From contig NW_027191402.1 in assembly GCF_041146345.1 (NCBI RefSeq), forward strand, positions 682,001-746,000: a DNA stretch of 64,000 bases, written 5' to 3'. Position 1 is the stretch's first letter. Every line of letters begins with the position of its first letter. Origin of the DNA: Neodothiora populina (Eukaryota). The notes below the pieces were generated by a model that ran no database searches, was not told where the DNA came from, and worked only from the letters and a program-made list of their open reading frames with translations. Of the stretch, positions 46,770 to 57,710 are shown one piece after another. The position numbers were made by a program, and so were the translations under genes.

Positions 46770-47601
46770 GCCCTTGTATCCTACTGCAGACGGAAAGAGA
46801 CTCCCTAACACGGGAACATCTGCATTCTTGCCAACAGTCCGGGCTATCAAGAGACTAGTCACGCCACGCCCCGTATCTACACGGACGCAAGTCTACGAAT
46901 CCGCACGACAGAATCCTCGACAGTAAGCCCAGCTCCTCGGGGCCGGCACAGCAAAACCCTAGCATGAACCGCCAAAAGAACAGTCCAGCACTCGCCCAAG
47001 CAAGAAGCTAGCTACTCACAATCTACCTCTTGGCCCGCGTGAGATGGCAGTGCCTGTAGAAGGGAGTCTATTGTCAAAACAAAGTACAATACAGATCCCT
47101 GCATGTTCTGTATCATAAAGGAAAAGCAAGTTTCATTCCAACAGTCCGGATCGATGAGCAACTTCTTCTCGGCTCAGCAGGGTCACGGAGACGAGGAACA
47201 AGTCGACAAGGCCCTAGAGGATAGGGACTCGTCGACAGGAGTCCACACCATAAGTCTCGAGAATCCAGTCCACGACAAAGCGAAGAAGAAGACGCCGGAG
47301 AAAGAGGGGGCGAGCAATATACCGCCTGCCTCGGTCCATGCAGGCAGAAGGGTTCGCGAGGGGAAGGGGATTACCGGACCAGACCAATTCTACCTCGTGT
47401 TTGTCTAAGGTCGTTGGTCGAGATGTATAGTGCTGACCTTTAGATGACGAGACGCGACGTCTCTGTTCTCCTTTGGCGATTAGAGTCGCATGCTGTGGCT
47501 GGCTGACACTAGTGAGCTGGTTCGTATAAGGTACAGTAGCTGAGGAAGATAGCTGAACAACGGAGACGATTTCTTGAAAGCTACGTTTCGTGGAAAGGGC
47601 T
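46769..47601 (-). ncRNA. Candidate large structured non-coding RNA (~830 nt), family unidentified
   Basis: Many nested long-range helices and local hairpins on the minus strand with strand-specific G-U pairs (listed in findings); no credible ORF; TATA-like box upstream. Confidence 0.6.
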
Positions 47602-47656
47602 GCGATGTGTCTCGTGTGCTAGGTAGCATACTAGATACTAACGTATAGGCATTTTT

Positions 47657-47663
47657 TTTTATA
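47657..47663 (-). promoter_or_regulatory. TATA-like element upstream of candidate ncRNA (could instead be ULA1 3'-end signal)
   Basis: TATAAAAAAAAA on minus strand about 56 nt before the outermost helix. Confidence 0.35.
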
Positions 47664-47826
47664 AAAGTTTCGAGTACTGGGCTGTGGACCAATCTTCTTC
47701 TTTTGCGTTCGTTATATAATGACCCATGCAACTTCATTCCATCTACTCATAGCGTAGTAGTACCGTCCGTGTTCAGCAAGCTAACCGAAAGGCTATTCCC
47801 CTCTACTTCAGCCGCGTAGGGCAACT

Positions 47827-49609
47827 TTACAACCGCAAAACAGCAGCCTTGCTAAACACGCCATCAAACACACAAGTATTATCAACAGGCACATACTGCT
47901 TGGTGATGACTTTAATAACTTCCTGAGCGACCATGCCACCGGTCAAAGACGCGATGTTATGAAGCTCACTGCCGCCTGCACGGACGAGCTCGGTGGTGAT
48001 GTTGCCGAGCGTCTCTTTCAGCTTCGTGTATTCATGGTCTTCGATGAAGGTGCCGGATGCCTTGATCAGGTCGTCGAGGAGACTTTGCGCTATACCGCGG
48101 AGTTTCTCCTCGTCGGACTCGATGTCTTCTGTTTTGGCGCCTGGGATCTTGAGCGCTGTCCCGGGTGTGAGGGACTCGTGGGTGGCGACGAACAAGTCCC
48201 AGGCGAGGAAGGCGATGGATAGCAGAATACCACTGTCGGACGCCATCATCAATGCCATGGCGGCGGAACTCGTGGCTTCGCTGCTCCAGTTGTATCTTTT
48301 GGTGTGGTTGTCGCCAGACGGTAAGAAGAGTGGTCGTCCTCGTACGAGCTTGACGTGTGCGGCGCCCTTGCAGAATGCCTCGACTTCTTTCTCGTCGATG
48401 GCTTGGCCGGCTGGACGGCCTAGTTGCTTCTCGAGCGCGCGCACTGTCGCGAGCACTTCCTGCGCGTCTTGCCGGGCTCGCGTCTTGTAGATGTTTTGTA
48501 GTCGGATGTAGTCGGCGCTTTGGGCCTTCATGTCGGGGACTGCACCGGGTAGGGGCAGCTCGTTGTGGGATTCATAGAATTTGTATACGGCGTTTGCGAT
48601 GATCCAGAATGAAGGGCTGCCTGATGTAATGCTTTGCGATTCCGAGGCATTGAGGGTCTCGAGTAATGATGAGGAAGGCTGTGGAGGGTTGAGCGATTTG
48701 AGCACTGCGGCTGCGGCCTCTGCGTAGTTCTCCTCGTCCGGCGAGGGAGCGGCGGCCTTGATCATGTCGCGGAAGTCGGTCTTGTCCTTGTAGCTGGTCG
48801 GTGGGACACCATCGTGCGACTTCTTCCATTCTTCGACGTAGTGAAGCAATAGGAGTAGATACGGGACGTGGCCCAGATCGTGTTCGGACAGCGTCGACAG
48901 GTTCGCCGTCTTCTCTCGGGCAAACTCTTGGATGGCCGGCCATGGCTTCAACAGGCGTAGGTCGGTTGTGGCGGTGGGGTCCGGATGTGTGTCGACTATA
49001 GGGAACGCTGGAGGCAGAGAGAGCGAGAATCGGGAATAAAATCCGACGCAATGGGTATAAAATACGGGAACGTGGTTCTTTTGTGAGTACGTAGAAATGG
49101 AGGCAAGCACGTCAGACGAGATCGGGGCAGTGACGATGATTAACGTGTAAGGCTGCAGTGCTTGCTCTTTCTGGATGAATGATTCGACGGGCTATTGATT
49201 GTTAGGATCACCAAACGCAATAAGCCAGGCTCTTGCTTCGATTTACCTCTGTAACAAAATGACCTTCGACATCAGGGTTTAGTTCTTGCAGCAGCCTGCA
49301 AGTGTGTTCCGCTCGAAATCCACCGAGTGTACTCTCATCCAGAAAAAAGTTGACTCCGAGGTCTTCTTCAGACACGACTGCGGAGTCCAGTATCGTGTAC
49401 TTACCAACACCCGGTAAGATCAGATTCTTGAGTGTTTCTATGCCAGTTACACCAGCTCCGGAGTTGATGAGTAGGATATGTGCCTCTTCTAATGCTTGCT
49501 GGCCACTTGCAGCCCAGAGGCGGAGTTGACGGTCGTACTTTTTCTGTTTTGCATTTGGGACATCGTGCAGAGGTGGCGGAGTTGCGTCTGCTGCTGCTGT
49601 TGTTGCCAT
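47827..49609 (-). CDS. ULA1: NEDD8-activating enzyme E1 regulatory subunit (Ula1/NAE1/APP-BP1); exons 49609-49247, 49191-47827
   Basis: KYDRQLRLWAASGQ.ALE, ETLKNL.LPG.G, ELNPDV, DLRL..PW, LPG.VPDMKA.S..YI.LQN.Y, ELHNIAS..GG..AQE.IK.ITKQY.P; intron 49192-49246. Confidence 0.95.
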
Positions 49610-49801
49610 TGCAGACGCGAGGGTTGAGACACGGAGGTTTGGTAGGTGATGGATGTTGAGAGTAAGGTTGTTTCACGGTTGGAGATACCTTATGTTTGGG
49701 ACAGCAAAAGTACCTTGGTGTTTCCCTGTATCAACGCTCGTAGGTGCCATAGCACTAGATATGACATCGACGCAGATAGTCCGGGGGAGCTCTCCGGCTA
49801 T

Positions 49802-49863
49802 ATCAATCATCAATCAATCAATCAATCAATCAATCAGTCAATCAGTCAATCAGTCAATCAGTC
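49802..49863. repeat. (ATCA)n microsatellite grading into (ATCAGTCA)n
   Basis: Read directly from sequence. Confidence 0.9.
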
Positions 49864-50255
49864 GCCGCGGCGGGGCAGATGGACCCCTCGTGTCGGCTGC
49901 CCGCAATCGATTAGATGATTTTTGCATATATGTCGGGAATAGCACCACGATTCCCATCTATAATGTTTATAACAGCCACCTTCGGACCTCTCGGACCTGA
50001 GTCCTCCGAACGAACCTGAAGCTTTTGCAGACAGTGACGGAAGTGCATAGTTGAATAGATGTTGAACGGCGTGTTGACCTTTGGGTACTTGCACGTTATT
50101 TGCCTTGCAGCTGAGTCGTTACAGGTACTGTAGTCCAAAAATACTAGAACTGTCCCTTTCCTCGTCTATATTCCTGGTCGTTCCCCAGCTCCCTGTCTAT
50201 TGGATGCTGTACAGTAAGTCATCGTCGTCGTCGCCCAATGCTCTGGCTCTGTTCT

Positions 50256-50292
50256 GCTCAGCTCAGCTCAGCTCAGCTCAGCTCAGCTCAGC
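50256..50292. repeat. (GCTCA)7 pentanucleotide microsatellite
   Basis: Read directly from sequence. Confidence 0.9.
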
Positions 50293-50461
50293 GCGCAGTA
50301 CACCCTCTCTCGGCTAAATCCATAAACTTACACCGTATACCATCGCAGCTTGCCGACGTCTTTTCTCGAGATCTCACACGGCTCCTGTCGCAAGACATCT
50401 AAAAACACCTCTGGTTTCTTCTCTGTCTCGGAAATCATTCGCATACGCTTCTATCCGCAAC

Positions 50462-51458
50462 ATGTCCGCCACACCCACTGCTGCTCCGACGGGGGCCCCG
50501 TCAGTGGACATGGTCGAGGGTGCTAAGAAAAAGGCTGCTTACCGTGCCATTGCCGAGCACTTCAACAGCCAGACTCAAGTACATACAGAGGTCTTGCTGA
50601 AGTCCCGTGCCATCCGCTGACCTGGACTAGCAATTCGTCGGCATCGGTTCCGGCAGCACCATCATCTACGGTGTGGAAGCGATCAAGGAACAGATGGAGA
50701 AGAACCCTCCCCCCAACGATCGCTACATCTTCTTCGTCAGTCCGCCCTCGCTCTCACACTCTAGATGATCAGATTGACTGACATCCAGCCCGCAGGTCCC
50801 CACTGGTTTCCAGAGCAGAAAAGTCATTGAGCAAGCCGGTCTCATGCCAATGGCCTTCGACAGTCTGCCCGAGAACGTCATGCTGGACGTCGCCTTCGAC
50901 GGAGCCGACGAGGTCGACGACGAGCTCAACTGCATCAAGGGAGGCGGTGCATGTCTGTTTCAAGAGAAGCTGGTCGCGACGAGAGCGAAGAAGTTTGTCT
51001 GCATTGCAGACTACAGGAAGAACCAGGCCCGTCTGCTCAACTCGTGGAAATACATCCCCATCGAGGTCGCCCCCATCTCTCACGCTACTGTCATGCGCCA
51101 ACTAAAGCTCCTCGGCTCCATCAACCCCGTCCTCCGCGAACACACTCTGGCCAAGACCGGTCCCGTGCAGACAGACCAGGGTTTCTACATCATCGACGCG
51201 CCGTTCAAGACCCTATTGTCCGAAGAAGACATAGTGAACGGAAAGGACGGAAGCGGCAAGGACGGTGTATGGGATGTTGCCACGCTCGCACACAAGATCA
51301 AGAGCATCACCGGTGTCCTCGAAGTCGGTCTCTTCTTCGGCAAGACTGGTACCGAGATCCAGGCAGAGGGTGGCCAGGGCGGCCAGAAGCCGGTGGCTTG
51401 CTACTTTGGAAACGAGGATGGAAGTGTGTCTGTCAGGACCTGGCCGAGATCTAGTTAG
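50462..51458 (+). CDS. RKI1: Ribose-5-phosphate isomerase A; exons 50462-50578, 50631-50735, 50796-51458
   Basis: [54 protein letters not shown]; introns 50579-50630, 50736-50795. Confidence 0.95.
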
Positions 51459-51549
51459 ACTGAGCTGTCGATTTCGCCGCATGGTTTATAGTCCTTGGGT
51501 CTTGGCGAATCACGAATACCCGCTGCTAAGACATCTATCTGCATGCCTT

Positions 51550-52446
51550 TCACTCTTCGGGGTAGACCATTTTCCTGCCAACGCCACCGTCAACAACCAC
51601 GTCTTGCCCCGTGACAAAGCCACTCTCGGCCAGGAAGACAACGGTCCTCGCAATGTCCTCGAAGCCTCCCACCCTACCAGCAGGATGCCATTTATGATCG
51701 CCCTCGGCCAACTCATCCTCCCACTTTGTCTTCTTCTTGTCTGCTTCCATGTTCTGCTCACCCACATGCACCCAGCCGGGGCTAATCGCATTGACTCTAA
51801 TCCCATACCTATGTCCCAAACTGACGCTCAAGCTCTGAGTCAACCCTTGCAAGCCCGCCTTCGCAGCACTGTATCCCTCGTGATCATCCTCGGCCTGCTT
51901 CCACCTCGTCGACGAGATATTGACAATGCAGCCCGGCCCTCTCCCCTTCGTATTTCCTTGCGTCGACGACGAATCACCCGCTTTGACGAGCATAGGCACG
52001 CACAGCCTCGATAACAGGAAAGGCGCAGTCAATCCCACGGCGATCTTGCGGTCCCACTGCGCCATAATGCTACTCTCATCTTCTTCGTTGTCGGCGTCAA
52101 CCCCGTCTTCCATGCGTTTGTCGTCGGCCCATGTATGCGGCGTAGGGAACGCATTGTTTACCAGCACGTCCAGTTTCCCATCGAAGAACTCGTGGACCTC
52201 GGAGACCATCTTCTTGATCGCTGCACGGTCTGCTAAATCCACAATTGAGCCTTTGAAAGTCCTGGGTGTTGTCGAAGAGGTTTGTGTCGCAGTTTCTCCT
52301 CGAGTCCATTGCGGAGCCAGTGCTAGCGTGTGTTTCAGTTCGTCGGCGTTGTTGTCTACGAGGAAGACTCGGTGCCCGCTGGAGAGCAGGGAGCGCGTGA
52401 GCCCGCGGCCTATGCCCCTGCCGGCGCCGGTTATGAGGTAGTTCAT
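51550..52446 (-). CDS. Short-chain dehydrogenase/reductase (classical SDR)
   Basis: TGAGRGIG, LDVLVNNA, VNISS, YSAAK, IRVNAISPGW, FVTGQ..VVDGG; intronless. Confidence 0.93.
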   Translation of the reverse strand: MNYLITGAGRGIGRGLTRSLLSSGHRVFLVDNNADELKHTLALAPQWTRGETATQTSSTTPRTFKGSIVDLADRAAIKKMVSEVHEFFDGKLDVLVNNAFPTPHTWADDKRMEDGVDADNEEDESSIMAQWDRKIAVGLTAPFLLSRLCVPMLVKAGDSSSTQGNTKGRGPGCIVNISSTRWKQAEDDHEGYSAAKAGLQGLTQSLSVSLGHRYGIRVNAISPGWVHVGEQNMEADKKKTKWEDELAEGDHKWHPAGRVGGFEDIARTVVFLAESGFVTGQDVVVDGGVGRKMVYPEE

Positions 52447-53393
52447 TGGTTTTGATTCGGGTGGTCACATCTGATGGAGGGGCCGAGGTCGATCAATTTG
52501 GTCCTAACGTCTTTCGCAGGCCCACTGGATGACAGCTAGAGCAGTGAAGAGAGATAGTGACTGATCAAATCCTACGGTGAGTTCTGTCTTTCTGTTGCGG
52601 CTATGGATCAATTGAAAGTCTCTCGGCGATAGAAATTATTAAGCCCGCAAGGTGGGGTACAGTGCTGTGTACATGACGTAATGCAAATGCGCTACGGCAG
52701 TAACAGGAAATAGATCAACAACGGAGGGGAAACAGCTGTCTGTTGTTCCTCGCGTGCCCTCGATTACCTTACCTATCCGACTTTCAGGGGCGGATCCATG
52801 ATTGGGGACACCTTGCACAGTACACAGAATGTAAACCAACGGTAGTGATGAACAAACAGTGATGAATGCAATGGGAGAAAATGAGTAATTGTACTGTAAC
52901 TTGCTCTACAAGAGAATGCTATCAATCCGCTCTTCCTTCGCAAAGTATCGATATAGAAGAGAGAAAGAAAAAAAAGACGGAGAAGAAGAAAAAACAAGAT
53001 ATCCATGAATGATACGAGCACTTTCGGCAATCATCCGCATGCATAATACATTCGGCATCTACCACCGTATGCTGCCTGATTCGCTCTGTCATGCATCCTG
53101 TAAGAGCTTTCAAAAGGGGGATTCCAAATGTGTCTGTCAAAGAATTTTTTTCCTCTCCAATACTCCAAATACGCCGTCGCCATGCTCGCTATGATAAATC
53201 TCAAAAGGCGTTTCATAGTCCATGGAAAACAAGAGGCAGGGAGCTATAGTACCTTGCCCCACGCTATGCGGTACCTGAACGCTGCCGAAGAAGGATGAAA
53301 AATGTAGGGGTATCGGGGCATATTCATCATAAAAAGTCACAGTCCATCTCGAAGATGGGCTGGCGGTCTCTGGTGCTAAGAACACCACAGGGA

Positions 53394-55097
53394 TCAGATG
53401 AAAAGTGTTCTGAATCCTGACTCGATAGGCGGTGTGTTGGTCACTCCTTTGGTTCGAAGTGCCAGTCCGTTCTTGACGGTAGGATCACCTGCCTTGATTG
53501 CAGCTTGCTGACGCTCTTTGCGTGCAGCTTTCTGTGCTTGCTTCTTGATGTCTTTCTTCTCGCGAGCCGTCTGCTTTTGTGGACCAAACGACTTCGGTTG
53601 CGTCTTTCGATCTGGCGAGTCACTGGCTGAAGAGTGTGGGTTCGGAGGCTTTAGCTTGATGCGGATAGTAGGCCTAGGACGCGTATTTGCAGGAGTATCA
53701 TCCTTGGCTTCGACCTTGACACTTGCAACGCTACACGAGTCCGTCTCCTCCGAGCTCATTGAGGCGGAGGAATCGTCGGAATCTTGGGAGTTGTTGTAAG
53801 TGGCAAGTTTGGAGGTGCGCTGGGATGAGCCAGACTTCTTGCCGTGTTGTTGGGTGGACAACCGACGATCTTGCTTCTTGCTGGGTCCACGCTGATATTC
53901 TTCGTCACTATCGGGTTCTCGCTCGACGCTTGAACTCTCTTGCGCTGAAGACTGGCTGCGGTTGTCTTCAGCATCTAGCAGCTTGTCTACTGCTGAATTG
54001 ATGTCTCCCTTGTATTGCTCTAGAACCTTTTTGATAGTTGGCTTGTCAACAAGGTAGGGCAGAGACGCCGAGACGACGTCGATCATCCATGGCTGCACAT
54101 GTGGTGTGTGGGCAAGTTTGTCCTTTTGTCGTTGCTCCTCTTCGACTGAGAGGGCCTGTTCTTGAACTTCTGGTAGACCAGTATGCGGACCTCCAAGATT
54201 TCTGATGGACGAGTAGTGCTCCCAGACCTGCACAGCGTTAGTGATGGCAAATGCATATGAAAACGGGGAAACAACGAACGTGGTAGGCAATGTGAGCAAC
54301 TGGTCGCTTCACATCTTGACCATCGGGTCCGGCACCAGACACCATGTAGGCAAAGTCACGTTGGTAGATCTTCACGTCAACCTCGAAGGCTGAACTGAAG
54401 GCGGAAATCTCCATGTTGTCACCGTAGGTGCCACCCCTCGCCATGCTTTGGAGATGGCTTTGGAACACACGATCAATGTCGGCCTCGGTGGGGCTGGCGA
54501 TATTGACTGGAGCAGAGTAGGCGCCAACATTCTTCCTCTTAGGGTTCCTCCTTGTACCACCACCAGGGTGCACATCTATAAATTGCTTGTAGTAGTCGGC
54601 ATGATCCCGCATGTAATCTATCACTTTGGAGCGAATGTTGTGATGGTCGTTCTGATGACCGTACAATTGGTCGGAAAGGGCATTGAACAGGCAATTGCCT
54701 AATGGACACATGTGTTAAAATCCTTACGCCAGACCATAAGAAATTAATGTCAAGGTGTCACTCACCATCGCCTCGGATGTCTGCCGCATAGAGGCCCAGA
54801 GCCGAGAGCAATGGAAATTCATCGGAAGAGCCACCCATTCCTCCCATAGCAAGGCTGCTCCTGATGGCTGAGTATTAGCAAACAGAATGCAGCGTTTGGT
54901 GCAGTCATGGGTGCTGAGACAAAAATTCAACAAAAGAACTACGACATGATTTGACCCGTGTTCAAATGCTTCTTTTTTTTTCTTCTTTCAGACCTGAGTA
55001 GATCAATGTATGCAAAGGAACAAAAACCGGGGAGTTGGAGCAAAGAGATCTCAATTTACCTCCGTGATGACCTCAGGCCAGTCGAGCGTTCGCACAT
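53394..55097 (-). CDS. OTU-domain deubiquitinase with CUE/UBA-like domain; exons 55097-55060, 54860-54766, 54698-54280, 54227-53394 (alternative start ATG 54847)
   Basis: IRGDGNCLF rebuilt across intron 54699-54765, GTYGDNMEI.AF, HIAYH|VWEHYSS across intron 54228-54279, GDINSAVDKLL; upstream exon splices in frame via intron 54861-55059. Confidence 0.88.
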
Positions 55098-55572
55098 TTC
55101 GCGGTTTCTTCGGGGAAATCGACTTTTCTTGATCCGTCGGTCAGACGCGGCTCTGCCCCCCCCCCCCCCCCCCAAGATGGGCTGCTGCGACACAACTTGA
55201 AGCTTGGCTGCCTCGTGTGGTTAGAAGCTCAGCTGGCTTCGGCGTAAAGTGTTGGAATCTCGTAACATTGGCCGGGCTGAGCTGCGGACGGGGCGCCTAT
55301 CTTTACCGAACGGTACAAAGGTATGGGATCTCGTGGTGTTGATAGGCGAGACAGAAAAGCGGCCTTATAGTTATAGGGCGTGAGGTGATCAGTTATAAGT
55401 CGTGAGTCAGGACAGAGTTCATTCAAAGCATTCACTATATATTGTAACGATCGTCCATCAAGCTTCCATCGAAGTACAATACACTATTGTTCATTGCATG
55501 TGCACTGTTGCCTGACGGCTTGTATCGTGATTGCGTCCATCAGCCGGCTTCTATCGAGCATTCTGACCAGTC

Positions 55573-56997
55573 ATGTCAAAGCAAAACATCACAGTCCTTG
55601 GGTGCGTGATTCAGCAATGGGGAAGCTAACCACAAGTCGTGCTGACATTGTTCCAGCGCTGGTGTCATTGGACTCACAACCGCTCTCGTTCTTGCGAGAA
55701 GTGGTAAATACAATGTCACCGTGGTAGCTAAGCACATGCCTGGTGATTATGACATTGAATATGCATCCCCTTGGGCTGGCGCCAACTACCTGCCGTGAGT
55801 ATTCGTCTTAGTTGATGCTTAACGCCGATGCGTGTTTCGAGACTTTCTTCTATCAGACAAGATCTAGTAGCAGATACTGTTGTTTCCCACTTGTCCTCAC
55901 AAAGAAGGCGTACACCAGTAGACAGACAGACCAGCTGACAGAGTGCTATAGTGTTGGCAAGGAAGGCAGTCCATCTGCAGAGTACGAACGCAACACATGG
56001 CCTGAACTTGCCCGTCTAGCAAAGGAACTACCCGAGGCCGGTGTCCATTTCCAAGATACAGTCGTATATCGACGAGCAAAGGATGCTGATTCACCAATCG
56101 GTGACTGGTTCCGCGAGTTACTTCGTGAAGATGCATGGTTCAGCAAAGTGGTACCAGACGTGAGTGCATCGACCGCCGAATTGGTATGGATCCCGCTTAC
56201 CTAGTCTCCGGTAGTTCAAAATCCTGGACAAGAAAGACCTGCCCGAAGGAATGGACGGTGGCACATCCTTCACTTCAGTCTGCATTAACACTGCAGTCTA
56301 CCTACCATGGCTGGTTTCACAAGGTCTGAAGTATGGAGCTGTCTACAAGCGCGGCATCGTCAAGCACGTCACGGAGGCCGCTTCATTTCATCACACCGGC
56401 AAGAAGGCTGATCTTGTTGTGAACTGCACCGGACTGTCGTCACTGTTCCTCGATGGAGTCAAAGACGAAAACATGTACCCTGCTCGTGGCCAGATCGTGC
56501 TGGTACGCAACGAGCCAGGTGTCATGGCCAGTACTTCGGGCACTGATGACGGCGACGACGAAGTCGTCTACATCATGCAGCGTGCAGCAGGTGGCGGCAC
56601 CGTCCTGGGAGGTTGTCTCCAGGCTGGGTCGTGGGAGTCCCAACCAGATCACGGTTTAGCGGTCAGAATCATGAACCGCGCAGTCAAGCTTTGCCCTCAG
56701 CTGGTGCCCGAAGGCAAGGGTATAGAAGGTCTGAGCATCATCAGACACGGAGTCGGTCTGAGGCCCATGAGAAAGGGTGGTATCAGGGTCGAGAAGGAGT
56801 CCATCAAAGGCACAGACGGGACGGCTGTGAAAGTTGTGCACAGCATCGGCCACGGAGGCTATGGGTAAGTCTTTACAACGCATGATTCGGGTTTTTCTCC
56901 AAATTGACCCGTCTCTAGATACCAAACAAGTTACGGCTGCACTCAAGCAACAGTCAAACTGATCGAGCAGGCACTCCAAGAGAAGGCTAAGCTGTAA
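55573..56997 (+). CDS. D-amino acid oxidase, peroxisomal; exons 55573-55601, 55657-55794, 55952-56159, 56215-56864, 56919-56997
   Basis: [42 protein letters not shown]-terminal AKL (PTS1); four canonical introns. Confidence 0.94.
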
Positions 56998-57710
56998 GTG
57001 GGGTGTTCTCAAATTGTATTTCGCCCGTCCCGGTGAACACTCTTTGAATGTGATAAGAGTGGCTGCGCAGTCGTTCTCTGTGTAGGGAACTTATGAGCTC
57101 TATGAAAGTACAGGAAGATTCAAGGGTATGATGCTATCTTCGTGGAAAGGAAATGATAAGCAGATCTAGCTTGACGGGTGCAGAATTAGGAATGCACATT
57201 AATTGTATGAACATCATTTCTGCAATCAATCTTCCGGTACGCTTCGAGCTGGACAGAATCGGACTCATTTGGACGGGCACACTCCCATTCAACAGACTCT
57301 TTCGGCTCTTGCATGATCTGAAATATGCATGCGAAGATAGCATCCTATGAATCCGATTATATCTCTACCATTTCCCAGAAGCCCCACTAAGCGGGGGGAG
57401 AGCGACACCACAGCCGCCAAGCCCTTCCGCCCTGTGCCGCGAGACGGATATCCGCCCCCAAATCCATCCACCACTCCGCCTCCGCATAGCACAAAGTTTC
57501 CCAGAAACGCTTTCGATTATCAGCTATCTTAAGCAACTTTATTAGCGTTTCATTGTTCGCAACATGCCGGATCGCTGAAGTGAGAGCTCAAATGACGGTC
57601 ACTACCAACGATCAGCAGCAGCAGCATCGATCTACGTGACGCGCTCTGCACACATCACGTAGAATCTCATCCCAGGTCTTGGTCAGTCTATCGGCACCAT
57701 TCTAATCACC

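Noticed and set aside
46764..47232. RNase MRP/P RNA identity (GAGUCCCU could pair with AGGGCUC with a bulged U; ACAAGGGCUCAGU resembles CR-V)
   Set aside because: The GAAAGUCCCC-type CR-I is absent and the putative P4 5' strand is buried in a strong local hairpin deep inside nested helices, which does not fit MRP topology; worth a cmsearch but not supportable by eye
47103..47408. 101-aa plus-strand ORF in the gap
   Set aside because: No recognisable motif or codon bias; better explained as a by-product of the structured minus-strand sequence
46769..47601. Telomerase RNA identity for the structured element
   Set aside because: No 1.5-repeat template (UAACCCUAA-type) on the structured strand; plus-strand CCCTAAC (46803) and AACCCTAG (46955) are partial and on the wrong strand
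25211..52441. Numerous long antisense/shadow ORFs over codon-biased genes (e.g. 28224-29039, 38130-38954, 41342-42190, 45923-46630, 51265-52014)
   Set aside because: Expected stop-codon depletion opposite or overlapping GC3-rich genes; no independent protein motifs
54861..55059. Intronic snRNA/snoRNA (AAUUUUUG Sm-like site) in OTU intron 1; also checked longer introns of ASA1 and DAO
   Set aside because: No accompanying U5 loop, C/D boxes with antisense element, or H/ACA hairpin pair recognised
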